A stretch of 35,585 nucleotides of DNA from the IMG/VR virus record IMGVR_UViG_3300012348_000060, positions 1 through 35,585 of that record; one strand, written 5' to 3'. The notes beneath the pieces were generated by a model that did no database searches, had not been told where the DNA came from, and saw only the letters and a program-made list of their open reading frames with translations. How positions within the stretch are numbered: the first letter of the stretch is position 1; each line of letters starts with the position of its first letter. The stretch comes from a virus. Below, piece after piece: positions 5,772 through 12,712 of this stretch. A program made the translations under genes and the position numbers.

Positions 5772-6154
5772 GTTTTGATGAATTGTGGGGGATGTATCCA
5801 AGAAAGATAGCAAAGCGTGTAGCGCAAAAGAGTTTTGAGCGCCTTACGCAATCAGAGCAAGCGCAGGCATTAGAAGCTATGCCAAACCATATCAACTACT
5901 GGAAATCGCAAGATACGCAACTTGCGTACATTCCGCATTTAGCTACCTGGTTAAATCAGTATCGGTTTGAGGATGAGATCGTAATAGAAGCACCTAAAGC
6001 AAACAAGCGACCAGAGCTTCCTTGGTATAGTTCGGAGGAATTAACGATTAAAAAAGCACAAGAGATAGGAGTTCAAGCGTATGCTGGAGAAGGATGGCAG
6101 CAATGGCGAGCTAGGATTAGCCAAAAGATTAAACAGCTAGAGGAGCAGGCGTGA
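5768..6154 (+). CDS. conserved phage protein (W..YPRK ... P.L.TWLNQ.RFEDE motif), function unknown
   Basis: ORF track frame. The ATG at 5768 forms an ATGA overlap with the upstream stop. Confidence 0.6.
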   Translation: MSFDELWGMYPRKIAKRVAQKSFERLTQSEQAQALEAMPNHINYWKSQDTQLAYIPHLATWLNQYRFEDEIVIEAPKANKRPELPWYSSEELTIKKAQEIGVQAYAGEGWQQWRARISQKIKQLEEQA

Positions 6155-6735
6155 GAGTTTTAGTAGCTTGCGAATATAGCGGAGTTGTGCGTGATGCCTT
6201 TATTAGGGGGGGGCATGAAGCTATGAGTTGCGATATTATTCCAACAGATGCGCCTGGGCCACATTATCAAGGTTCTGTTTTAGATGTTTTGGATCAAGGT
6301 TGGGATTTATTGATAGCCCATCCACCATGCACATATATATCTAATGCTGGCGCAAAACATTTATACCCTAAAAAAACTTTAAACAAAGACAGATATTTAA
6401 AAGGAATGGAAGCTGTTGAGTTTTTTATGAAGCTATACAACGCAAACATACCAAAAATTGCTGTAGAAAATCCTATACCATCAAAGGTGTTTGGTTTGCC
6501 ACAATATAGTCAAACAATACAGCCTTACGAGTATGGTCATCCTTTTCAGAAGCGAACTTGTTTGTGGTTAAAAAATTTACCAAACTTAAAACCAACTAAT
6601 ATTGTAGAAAAACCTGAAAGCACTAAAATTGCTGGAAATTGGTTTAACGCTGGCGGCAAAGAAAGACAAAAAAATAGAGCAAAAACTTTTCAAGGTATAG
6701 CAGATGCAATGGCAGACCAATGGGGCAACCTATAG
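6151..6735 (+). CDS. minimal C5-cytosine DNA methyltransferase-like protein (194 aa)
   Basis: AHPPCT (motif IV PC-Cys), AVENP (motif VI ENV-like) and QKRTCLW (motif VIII-like) are present. The C-terminal RAKTFQGIADAMADQW resembles motif X. There is no room for a target-recognition domain, and motif I is atypical (ACEYSG). Confidence 0.55.
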   Translation: MRVLVACEYSGVVRDAFIRGGHEAMSCDIIPTDAPGPHYQGSVLDVLDQGWDLLIAHPPCTYISNAGAKHLYPKKTLNKDRYLKGMEAVEFFMKLYNANIPKIAVENPIPSKVFGLPQYSQTIQPYEYGHPFQKRTCLWLKNLPNLKPTNIVEKPESTKIAGNWFNAGGKERQKNRAKTFQGIADAMADQWGNL

Positions 6736-6961
6736 CGAGGAATGGCGCAACGAATGTGAGGCTAGAGATTTACTTACTTGGCCTTTAGCAAAAAGACGAA
6801 AACAACTAGCATTGATCTACGACAAGCGTGGGCAAGCTGGGTATCAAAAACTAACAGAGGAAATGACAAGGCAATGGACACTAGCCCGAACAAAGCAGTC
6901 GAGTTCATCATCAAGCAATCAGGAGTCTTTGCCGAAGCAAAAGCAAATAGAACTTATATAG
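6704..6961 (+). CDS. hypothetical protein (85 aa; CEARDLL ... KRRKQL motif, Ser-run tail)
   Basis: ORF track. It overlaps the MTase 3' end by 32 nt and the next gene by 88 nt or more. Confidence 0.45.
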   Translation: MQWQTNGATYSEEWRNECEARDLLTWPLAKRRKQLALIYDKRGQAGYQKLTEEMTRQWTLARTKQSSSSSSNQESLPKQKQIELI

Positions 6962-7200
6962 AGAACTACCTGCGATCTGCTAAAAGTCGGCTTATGCTTG
7001 AATCCAGCGCATCCAGCATTGCAGCTAAAGAGATGGAAGCCTACGCTACAGACGATTACATAGAGCTGCTAAAAGGGCTTAAAGAAGCCGTAGAAACAGA
7101 GGAAAAACTAAAGTGGCAACTAATAGCGGCACAGGCTCGGATAGAGATATGGCGCAGCCAAGAGGCAACGAATCGTACTATTGATCGTGCTACACAATGA
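6874..7200 (+). CDS. hypothetical coiled-coil protein (108 aa from ATG 6874; the track ORF starts at TTG 6778)
   Basis: ORF track frame. ATG 6874 is the first ATG. The downstream sequence AVEFIIKQSGVFAEAKANRTYIENYL looks protein-like. Confidence 0.55.
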   Translation: MDTSPNKAVEFIIKQSGVFAEAKANRTYIENYLRSAKSRLMLESSASSIAAKEMEAYATDDYIELLKGLKEAVETEEKLKWQLIAAQARIEIWRSQEATNRTIDRATQ

Positions 7201-7274
7201 ACGATTTACCATACTACTTTGGGCTGGCTATATTTATTGGGCTAGGTATATCAATTTGGGTTACATTTAGGTAA
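7197..7274 (+). CDS. 25-aa membrane peptide
   Basis: Hand-found ORF: MNDLPYYFGLAIFIGLGISIWVTFR. It has an ATGA overlap upstream and a TAATG overlap downstream. Confidence 0.4.
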   Translation: MNDLPYYFGLAIFIGLGISIWVTFR

Positions 7275-7558
7275 TGGCTACTAAAGATGAAAAGAACACA
7301 TTGGCTGCGACTGCAAGACTCGGATGTATTCTTTGCTCCGAAGTCCTTGGGATTGAAGGCTCTCCGGCAGAACTCCATCATGTGCGCCGTTACGGAGCTA
7401 AACGGTCTGCATCCCCTGTCCTGCCACTATGCCCAGAACACCATAGGGGAAATACCGGTGTTCACGGATTGGGTGCAAAAGGTTTTGAATCTAAATGGGG
7501 CGTTACCTTTACGCAGCTCTTGGAGTCGGTCAGCGAAAGACTGGGAAATACAGCTTAG
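7274..7558 (+). CDS. Ref-family (P1 Ref-like) HNH recombination-enhancement nuclease
   Basis: LGCILC ... PAELHHVR ... LPLCPEHHRG ... GVHGLG matches the GC..C / E.HH / PLCP.HHR signature of Ref-family proteins. Confidence 0.7.
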   Translation: MATKDEKNTLAATARLGCILCSEVLGIEGSPAELHHVRRYGAKRSASPVLPLCPEHHRGNTGVHGLGAKGFESKWGVTFTQLLESVSERLGNTA

Positions 7559-7908
7559 AGTTCCAATGGATCTAGACCGAGTTCTGTAGCAACTAGCTTA
7601 CAGCGATCCCTAAACGCTTTGCCGTGATGCAGCCATCTATCGCCTTTCTGCCGATGAAAGCTCATGTGTATCATCTCATGGCATAGGGTAGTCAATACGG
7701 TGTAATAGTGGCCGCACCGAGCAGACGATACCGTAACGGTATGCTCAAAGTCCTCGCCTGTATCGTATAGGTATGTACCCATAATCTCAGGATCAGCAGT
7801 AACTATGAAATCAATTTCCTCTGGAAGCGGCATCTTCCAACGGCTGTACGGATAGCAACACGCTAAAGAAGCGTATAGATTGCTAAGTACGGCTGGAGTA
7901 AGTTTCAT
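7555..7908 (-). CDS. SprT-like zinc metalloprotease domain protein (117 aa)
   Basis: The HEMIH (HExxH) motif is followed by HHGKAF, as in SprT-like domains. The 3' end overlaps the 3' end of the convergent Ref-like gene. Confidence 0.65.
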   Translation of the reverse strand: MKLTPAVLSNLYASLACCYPYSRWKMPLPEEIDFIVTADPEIMGTYLYDTGEDFEHTVTVSSARCGHYYTVLTTLCHEMIHMSFHRQKGDRWLHHGKAFRDRCKLVATELGLDPLEL

Positions 7909-7927
7909 GCCATCATGCCATCATGCG

Positions 7928-8905
7928 TTAGACACGATTGATGCAACCACGAAACTCAAACTCGCCATTAGCCTCGTTAGACACCATAATTAGTTCTGGC
8001 ATCAGCATACGGCCTTGGTCAAACGACAGCATTACAAAGCCACTGCGCCAGTCTTTAGGAGAGTCCTCGCAATACTCAAAAGTAGAACTCATTGGATCAG
8101 CTAGGCAACCTGTCTGCACTCCCCAGTAAGTGCCTTGGTAGTTTGTAATGGGCGAGGCACAAAGAACATGAGTATGGCCCGTAATAATATTGGTATTGCC
8201 TGCTGCCGTTAAATTGCTGTAGCCAGCCGTTCTGCCGCCTTTGTAGCGATGCTTAACTACTGTATCTTCGCCAATCCAATATGACCAGCAGGTTTTCCAC
8301 TCAGGAAAATGGTATTTAAGGCTAAAGCCATCTACACCAGAATACTCAGGAACTTTATTGACCAGCCAGGACTCATAACGCATATCGTGATTACCTAAAG
8401 TCCAAATAAGCTCACAGCCAGCAGGCTTGTGTTTCGCAATCTCGTCTAAATGCCAACGGCAAGCGTTTAGCTCCTCTAAAACGGTAGGCTTTTGGTCATA
8501 GTTGATTGATGGGAAACGGCTCAAAACTTGACCGTCAAACGCATCGCCATTGCAGATAATAACTTCTGGCTTAAATGTATCAATCATTAAAAGCAGAGCT
8601 TTAAATGCAGTAGTCGTTGTATCAGTAAAGTGAGCATCAGAAAATACAATAACTCGCTTTACTTTATCTACATCTATTCCTCTGCGTACATTATGTGGGG
8701 CTTGGTTTACTTTCTTTACATATGCTGGGTTACGGCTTTGGAATGTTTCTAGGTTCAATCCGTATCGTTGCTGTAAAGCATTACGCCTAGCGTACACATT
8801 GCGTATGTTAATTCCAGTAACCTTGCAAAAATCCTCTGGGCTTCCAATTTCCTGCCAAAGTTTGATCCATTCGTCATCAGACAAGCGATTGCTAGGCATA
8901 AACAT
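7928..8905 (-). CDS. calcineurin-like metallophosphoesterase with N-terminal HTH-like domain
   Basis: The motifs VFSDAHF, NGDAFDG, GNHD and GHTH occur in canonical order. The N-terminal 60 aa (DEWIKLWQEIGSPEDFCKVTGINIRNVYARRNAL) look like a small HTH. The likely start is ATG 8899, which has an AAGGA SD. Confidence 0.75.
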   Translation of the reverse strand: MFMPSNRLSDDEWIKLWQEIGSPEDFCKVTGINIRNVYARRNALQQRYGLNLETFQSRNPAYVKKVNQAPHNVRRGIDVDKVKRVIVFSDAHFTDTTTTAFKALLLMIDTFKPEVIICNGDAFDGQVLSRFPSINYDQKPTVLEELNACRWHLDEIAKHKPAGCELIWTLGNHDMRYESWLVNKVPEYSGVDGFSLKYHFPEWKTCWSYWIGEDTVVKHRYKGGRTAGYSNLTAAGNTNIITGHTHVLCASPITNYQGTYWGVQTGCLADPMSSTFEYCEDSPKDWRSGFVMLSFDQGRMLMPELIMVSNEANGEFEFRGCINRV

Positions 8906-8946
8906 CCTTTGCTTTAAGATATTGAATATAATACAATAAATCTAGT

Positions 8947-8962
8947 TGTATAATATTCTACA
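8947..8962. promoter_or_regulatory. Back-to-back divergent -10 elements forming a near-palindrome TGTATAAT|ATTCTACA
   Basis: The plus-strand TATAAT is at 8949-8954. The minus-strand TAGAAT is at 8960-8955. Of the 16 positions, 14 form matched inverted pairs (7 of 8 pairs). The site lies in the 78-bp gap between divergent genes. Confidence 0.55.
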
Positions 8963-8983
8963 TTTAGGAATTTTACTAGCGCT

Positions 8984-9523
8984 ATGAGAAAGAAAGAAGG
9001 CAAGTACATAAACTGCTTAAAATGTGGCGCTGAGTTTTACACCGTCATGAGCAGGTATTTGTCTGGGCGATCTAAGTATTGCTCTATATCTTGCGCTACC
9101 TATGGCAGGCTGGGGGCATCTTGGAGCGAGGAAGGCAACAAAAAACGCTCTGAAACACGAAAAGCAAAAATTGCATCTGGCGAAATAAAAGTGTTTTTTG
9201 GCGAAGAACACCACAATTGGAAAGGTGGATATGCGGCAGCTTACGAAAGGTGGAAGCCGTACAGACGGAATTTTCTTGCAAATAGAAAAGCCAAGTTAAA
9301 AAACGCTATGCCAAAATGGCTTACAGAGTCTGATTTAGTGCAAATTAAATGTAAATATCAATTAGCCGCTATGTTTTCTAGAAACACGGGCGAAGAATGG
9401 CATGTAGACCACATTATTCCTATAAACGGCAAAATAGTTTGTGGCTTACATGTTCCAAAGAATTTAAGGGTAATAACCGCAAAAGAAAATTACTTAAAAC
9501 AAAACAAATATGAGCCAGAATAA
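8984..9523 (+). CDS. HNH endonuclease with N-terminal zinc ribbon
   Basis: CLKCG ... CSISC is followed by HVDHIIP ... GLH ... NLRVITAKEN ... K, an HNH core. Confidence 0.7.
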   Translation: MRKKEGKYINCLKCGAEFYTVMSRYLSGRSKYCSISCATYGRLGASWSEEGNKKRSETRKAKIASGEIKVFFGEEHHNWKGGYAAAYERWKPYRRNFLANRKAKLKNAMPKWLTESDLVQIKCKYQLAAMFSRNTGEEWHVDHIIPINGKIVCGLHVPKNLRVITAKENYLKQNKYEPE

Positions 9524-9932
9524 TTCTTTCGAGCTAAGACTTCAGAACTGGGCTTGGTATGTTACTTATGGGGTTATTGGCCCACAGGTAGAAACAACCT
9601 GTCGCTCGTTTGAAAAGAATTACATTCCAGAACTAGGCAATCTTTACGCAGAAGCAGAGCCACACTACGAGCCTGACCATATAGACGGTGATCTGATAGA
9701 GCAAGCGATTAAGGGCTTACCATTAAACCTGCGGCAAGCACTTAAACTAAGATATGTAAGCCATCCATACGCATCTATTAACCAACTAGCTCACGCTGCA
9801 AGAACAACAGTACACCGCTTAGAACAAGATTTAGAAAATGCAAAAAAAAGACTCCAGCACGAGCTGGATAAAAAAGCAAGGTCAAATCACTATAAGAGCT
9901 TGCTCAAGGTGCAAGATCAGCAAATCGACTGA
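9510..9932 (+). CDS. putative late-gene transcription regulator (sigma-70 region-4-like HTH; Q/DUF1133-like position)
   Basis: LIEQAIKGLPLNLRQALKLRYVSHPYASINQLAHAARTTVHRLEQDLENAKKRL resembles a region-4 HTH. The gene lies upstream of the late block. Confidence 0.4.
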   Translation: MSQNNSFELRLQNWAWYVTYGVIGPQVETTCRSFEKNYIPELGNLYAEAEPHYEPDHIDGDLIEQAIKGLPLNLRQALKLRYVSHPYASINQLAHAARTTVHRLEQDLENAKKRLQHELDKKARSNHYKSLLKVQDQQID

Positions 9933-9934
9933 AA

Positions 9935-10657
9935 ATGGAATTATGGAGATATATGGCAACGGTATATACCAACGATTCGTCTGTAACGCCTGCCATAGTA
10001 ATAGCAACAAAGACGGCTAAATGCCTTCCTGTGCTGTTTGCTTCTATTGATCAGTATGTGCCATTAGATGTAACCGTTATCGTTTCTGGGAGCGATCTAG
10101 AGCTTCCTAGACACCAAACCATTAACCTGCCAAACAACGGCACTAATTATGGCGATTCATACAATGATGCGGTGCAATATGCGTTTGATATGTTCCATGA
10201 GATTATTGTTGCAAACGATGACATAGTATTAACCCCTAGTAGTTACTCTAAGTTGATGGAAGATGTACTGTTGTTAAAAAACAACAAACTAGGCTGGGTA
10301 TGCAGTAGGGCTGACTATGTTCGTGGGCTACAAAACATCCGAGAGGGCAAGCAACGCAATGGAGTTCGCTACGCAGAGGAAGATACAGTTATTAAATATG
10401 ATGTACTTTCTCCGTTGTTTGGTTGGGTTAGCCGAGAGGCGTGGGTAGATTACAAGCCGATTAACTGGTACTCAGACGATATACAATGTCTAGAGATGAG
10501 GGCAAATGGATTTGTAAACTACATTAGTCGCTCGTATGTTCACCATGTAGGCAGCCAAACTATCGGCATGGATCACAATAAGAATGATCTAGAAGCGCAG
10601 GCATGGATTAAGGTACATATGCCAGAGCTATATGAAATATGGTTCAAAAGCAAATAA
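9935..10657 (+). CDS. GT-A fold (family 2-like) glycosyltransferase
   Basis: The N-terminus (AIVIATKTA ... VTVIVSGS) is Rossmann-like. It has an NDD (DxD-like) motif and NYGDSYNDAV. Confidence 0.55.
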   Translation: MELWRYMATVYTNDSSVTPAIVIATKTAKCLPVLFASIDQYVPLDVTVIVSGSDLELPRHQTINLPNNGTNYGDSYNDAVQYAFDMFHEIIVANDDIVLTPSSYSKLMEDVLLLKNNKLGWVCSRADYVRGLQNIREGKQRNGVRYAEEDTVIKYDVLSPLFGWVSREAWVDYKPINWYSDDIQCLEMRANGFVNYISRSYVHHVGSQTIGMDHNKNDLEAQAWIKVHMPELYEIWFKSK

Positions 10658-10726
10658 TTTCCTTGACATGAAAAAATAGGGTAAAATTGTGCTAGGAAAC
10701 CTTTGCCCAAAATTTGTGAGATTGCT

Positions 10727-11095
10727 ATGAAGCCAGAAAAAACTACGATTATGATCGGTCTGCTAGGCGATAAGCCTAAGATGGGTATGAAAGAAGAAGG
10801 CGGTTTGCTGGCTGAGGACAAAAGCTCCTGCCCATTATCTACAATAGATGCCGATATTAACAAAGGCAACATGAAAAAGGCCGTATTAACGGCTGATTAT
10901 GGATCTAAAAAAGATGGTGAAGGCAAGTGCAAGGCTTGTGAGTACTTTAATACTGATATGGCTGATTGTGGCGTACCTAAAGGCAAAGGCCATTGCGACA
11001 TCTTTGACTTTGTATGCGACCAAAACAACGGTTGCATGGCCTGGGAAGCTATGGGCGAAGATGAGATGGAAATGGAGATGGAAGATGAAGAATAG
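10727..11095 (+). CDS. Cys-rich protein with HiPIP-like C-terminal motif and acidic tail
   Basis: GKCKACEYFN ... GHCDIFDFVCDQNNGCMAWEA resembles the HiPIP signature C..C..y ... G.C..F ... G.C.AW. The protein ends in EDEMEMEMEDEE. ATG 10727 is chosen; the track start is TTG 10703. Confidence 0.4.
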   Translation: MKPEKTTIMIGLLGDKPKMGMKEEGGLLAEDKSSCPLSTIDADINKGNMKKAVLTADYGSKKDGEGKCKACEYFNTDMADCGVPKGKGHCDIFDFVCDQNNGCMAWEAMGEDEMEMEMEDEE

Positions 11096-11243
11096 TCTTT
11101 ACGGAAACATTGCAGCCAAAAGAAAACGCATTGCCGAAGGATCTGGCGAGAAGATGCGTAAGCCAGGCGCAAAAGGCGCACCAACCGCAGCCGCATTTAA
11201 AGCAGCCGCTAAGACAGCCAAGCCAATGAAAGCCAAAAAATGA
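11085..11243 (+). CDS. small basic conserved phage protein (52 aa; NIAAKRKRIAEGSGEKMRKPG motif)
   Basis: In frame with track ORF 10899-11243. ATG 11085 overlaps the upstream 3' end. Confidence 0.55.
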   Translation: MKNSLYGNIAAKRKRIAEGSGEKMRKPGAKGAPTAAAFKAAAKTAKPMKAKK

Positions 11244-11401
11244 AGATGACTGCTAAACAAAAAAAGATTGGCAAGGTAATGGGTGAGTACAAAGAAGGCA
11301 CTCTACATTCCGGTAAGGGCGGCAAAGTCGTAAAGAATCCTAAGCAGGCCATCGCCATTGCTATTAGCGAAGCCGCTAAGTCTGCCCGTTACAAAAAATA
11401 A
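11240..11401 (+). CDS. small conserved protein (53 aa; EYKEGTLHSG ... QAIAIAISEA motif)
   Basis: Hand-found ORF: MKMTAKQKKIGKVMGEYKEGTLHSGKGGKVVKNPKQAIAIAISEAAKSARYKK. It has an ATGA overlap. Confidence 0.55.
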   Translation: MKMTAKQKKIGKVMGEYKEGTLHSGKGGKVVKNPKQAIAIAISEAAKSARYKK

Positions 11402-11929
11402 GTGGAATTACTAAGATCTGAAGTACGAGGCAAAAATAAAGTCTACATTTGCTTATGTAAATGCGGAAAAGAAAAAACATTTTGGAAAAAATCAGCAATT
11501 GATAGGCAAAAAAGCTGTGGTTGCTTAATGGATGATGCTGGTTTAACTGGTAAGCAAAGAAGAAGTATGCTTACTAGGATGCAAGGATACAAAAACGGGG
11601 CAAAAAAAAGAAGCCTTGATTGGAGTCTTAGTTACGAACAGTTTGTAGATGTTGCAACAAAACCATGCTTTTATTGTGGGACAGAGCCTAAAAAATGGGA
11701 TTGCATGACCAACAGCCCATCATTAAGAAAAGACTCGCCCAATGTGCGCCCAGAAGATTACCTTATAGAATTTACAGGTGTAGATAGATTTGATAGCAAT
11801 AAAGGCTATACAGAAGATAATGTTGTGCCATGTTGTGTTTTTTGTAATAGAGCAAAAAGCGATTTAACTTTAGAAAAATTTAAAGAAAATTTAGAAAAGA
11901 CTTATAAATGGCTATTTCAAAAGACATAA
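11402..11929 (+). CDS. HNH homing-type endonuclease
   Basis: Cys-rich N-terminus (CLCKCG ... CGC) and VDRFDSNKGYTEDNVVPCCVFCNRAKSD HNH core. The gene looks visibly AT-rich by eye (not counted), has a GTG start, and sits between conserved small genes. Confidence 0.65.
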   Translation: MELLRSEVRGKNKVYICLCKCGKEKTFWKKSAIDRQKSCGCLMDDAGLTGKQRRSMLTRMQGYKNGAKKRSLDWSLSYEQFVDVATKPCFYCGTEPKKWDCMTNSPSLRKDSPNVRPEDYLIEFTGVDRFDSNKGYTEDNVVPCCVFCNRAKSDLTLEKFKENLEKTYKWLFQKT

Positions 11930-12201
11930 TTGAAAGAATTAAAAAGCTAGGTTTAGATGGCTTAAATAAACCAAAAAGAACGCCAAACCATCCTACAAAG
12001 AGTCATGTTGTGTTAGCAAAAGAAAACGATTCTTATAAAACGATAAGATTCGGTCAGCAGGGCGTAAGCGGTAGCCCAGCCAAAGAAGGCGAATCAATGG
12101 CAGACAAAGCCCGTAGAAAGTCGTTCAAAGCACGACACGCTAAAAATATAGCGAAAGGAAAGCTAAGTGCGGCCTTTTGGGCAAACAAAGTTAAATGGTG
12201 A
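11908..12201 (+). CDS. conserved small basic phage protein (97 aa)
   Basis: ORF track. It has a KPKRTPNHPTKSHVV ... RFGQQG ... ARH ... SAAFWANKVKW pattern. Confidence 0.6.
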   Translation: MAISKDIIERIKKLGLDGLNKPKRTPNHPTKSHVVLAKENDSYKTIRFGQQGVSGSPAKEGESMADKARRKSFKARHAKNIAKGKLSAAFWANKVKW

Positions 12202-12205
12202 TTAG

Positions 12206-12712
12206 CTGAGATATACATACGGGCTAGAGAATCTAGTCATTCGTAGCTGGGGAGAAGGAGCGCAAGTAACTATAGGCTCATTCTGTAGCATTGCCGATAA
12301 TGTGCAATTGTTCTTAGGCGGCAACCACAGGACAGACTGGGTTACAACATACCCATTTGGGCATATCCATAAAGATGCGTTTAAATGGCATGGAGAAGGT
12401 CATCCAGCCACTAAGGGCGATATAACCATCGGTAACGATGTATGGCTAGGATCAGGCTGCACGATTATGTCTGGCATCACAATAGGCGATGGCGCAGTAG
12501 TCAGCGCTAATTCCACAGTAGTAAAGGATGTTCCGGCTTACGCAATAGTAGGCGGCAACCCTGCAAAAGTATTGAAATACAGATTTACAGAGAAACAAAT
12601 AGAAGCTCTTAGGGTAAACCCTTGGTGGGAAAAATCAGACCAAGAGATCCAAGAGTTAATTCCATTACTTTGTAGCTCAAACATAGATGACCTCATTGCC
12701 AAACTGTCTTAA
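12206..12712 (+). CDS. hexapeptide-repeat XAT/CatB-related O-acetyltransferase (no canonical start for the N-terminal 32 codons)
   Basis: The track ORF starts at GTG 12302. The same frame is open from 12206 and encodes LRYTYGLENLVIRSWGEGAQVTIGSFCSIADN, the conserved family N-terminus. The only start-like codon is CTG 12206, 4 nt after GGTGA. The C-terminal RF.EKQIEAL..NPWWE is a hallmark of this family. Confidence 0.6.
   Translation: MRYTYGLENLVIRSWGEGAQVTIGSFCSIADNVQLFLGGNHRTDWVTTYPFGHIHKDAFKWHGEGHPATKGDITIGNDVWLGSGCTIMSGITIGDGAVVSANSTVVKDVPAYAIVGGNPAKVLKYRFTEKQIEALRVNPWWEKSDQEIQELIPLLCSSNIDDLIAKLS

Noticed and set aside
7287-7589. 100-codon alternative frame over the Ref-like gene
   Set aside because: The other frame (7274-7558) carries the complete Ref/HNH signature, and this frame has no recognisable features.
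10663-10687. Perfect TTGACA followed by TAAAAT after the glycosyltransferase gene, as a late promoter
   Set aside because: The spacer is only 13 nt. No alternative -10 lies at 16-18 nt, and the TGTAGAAT-type motif is absent. This is kept only as a weak possibility.
10573-11196. Minus-strand ORFs 10573-10872 and 10897-11196, and the long plus-frame 10899-11243
   Set aside because: The minus ORFs oppose the operon direction and have odd composition. Only the last 52 codons of the 10899 frame (from ATG 11085) carry the conserved basic motif. The upstream part overlaps the HiPIP-like gene out of frame.
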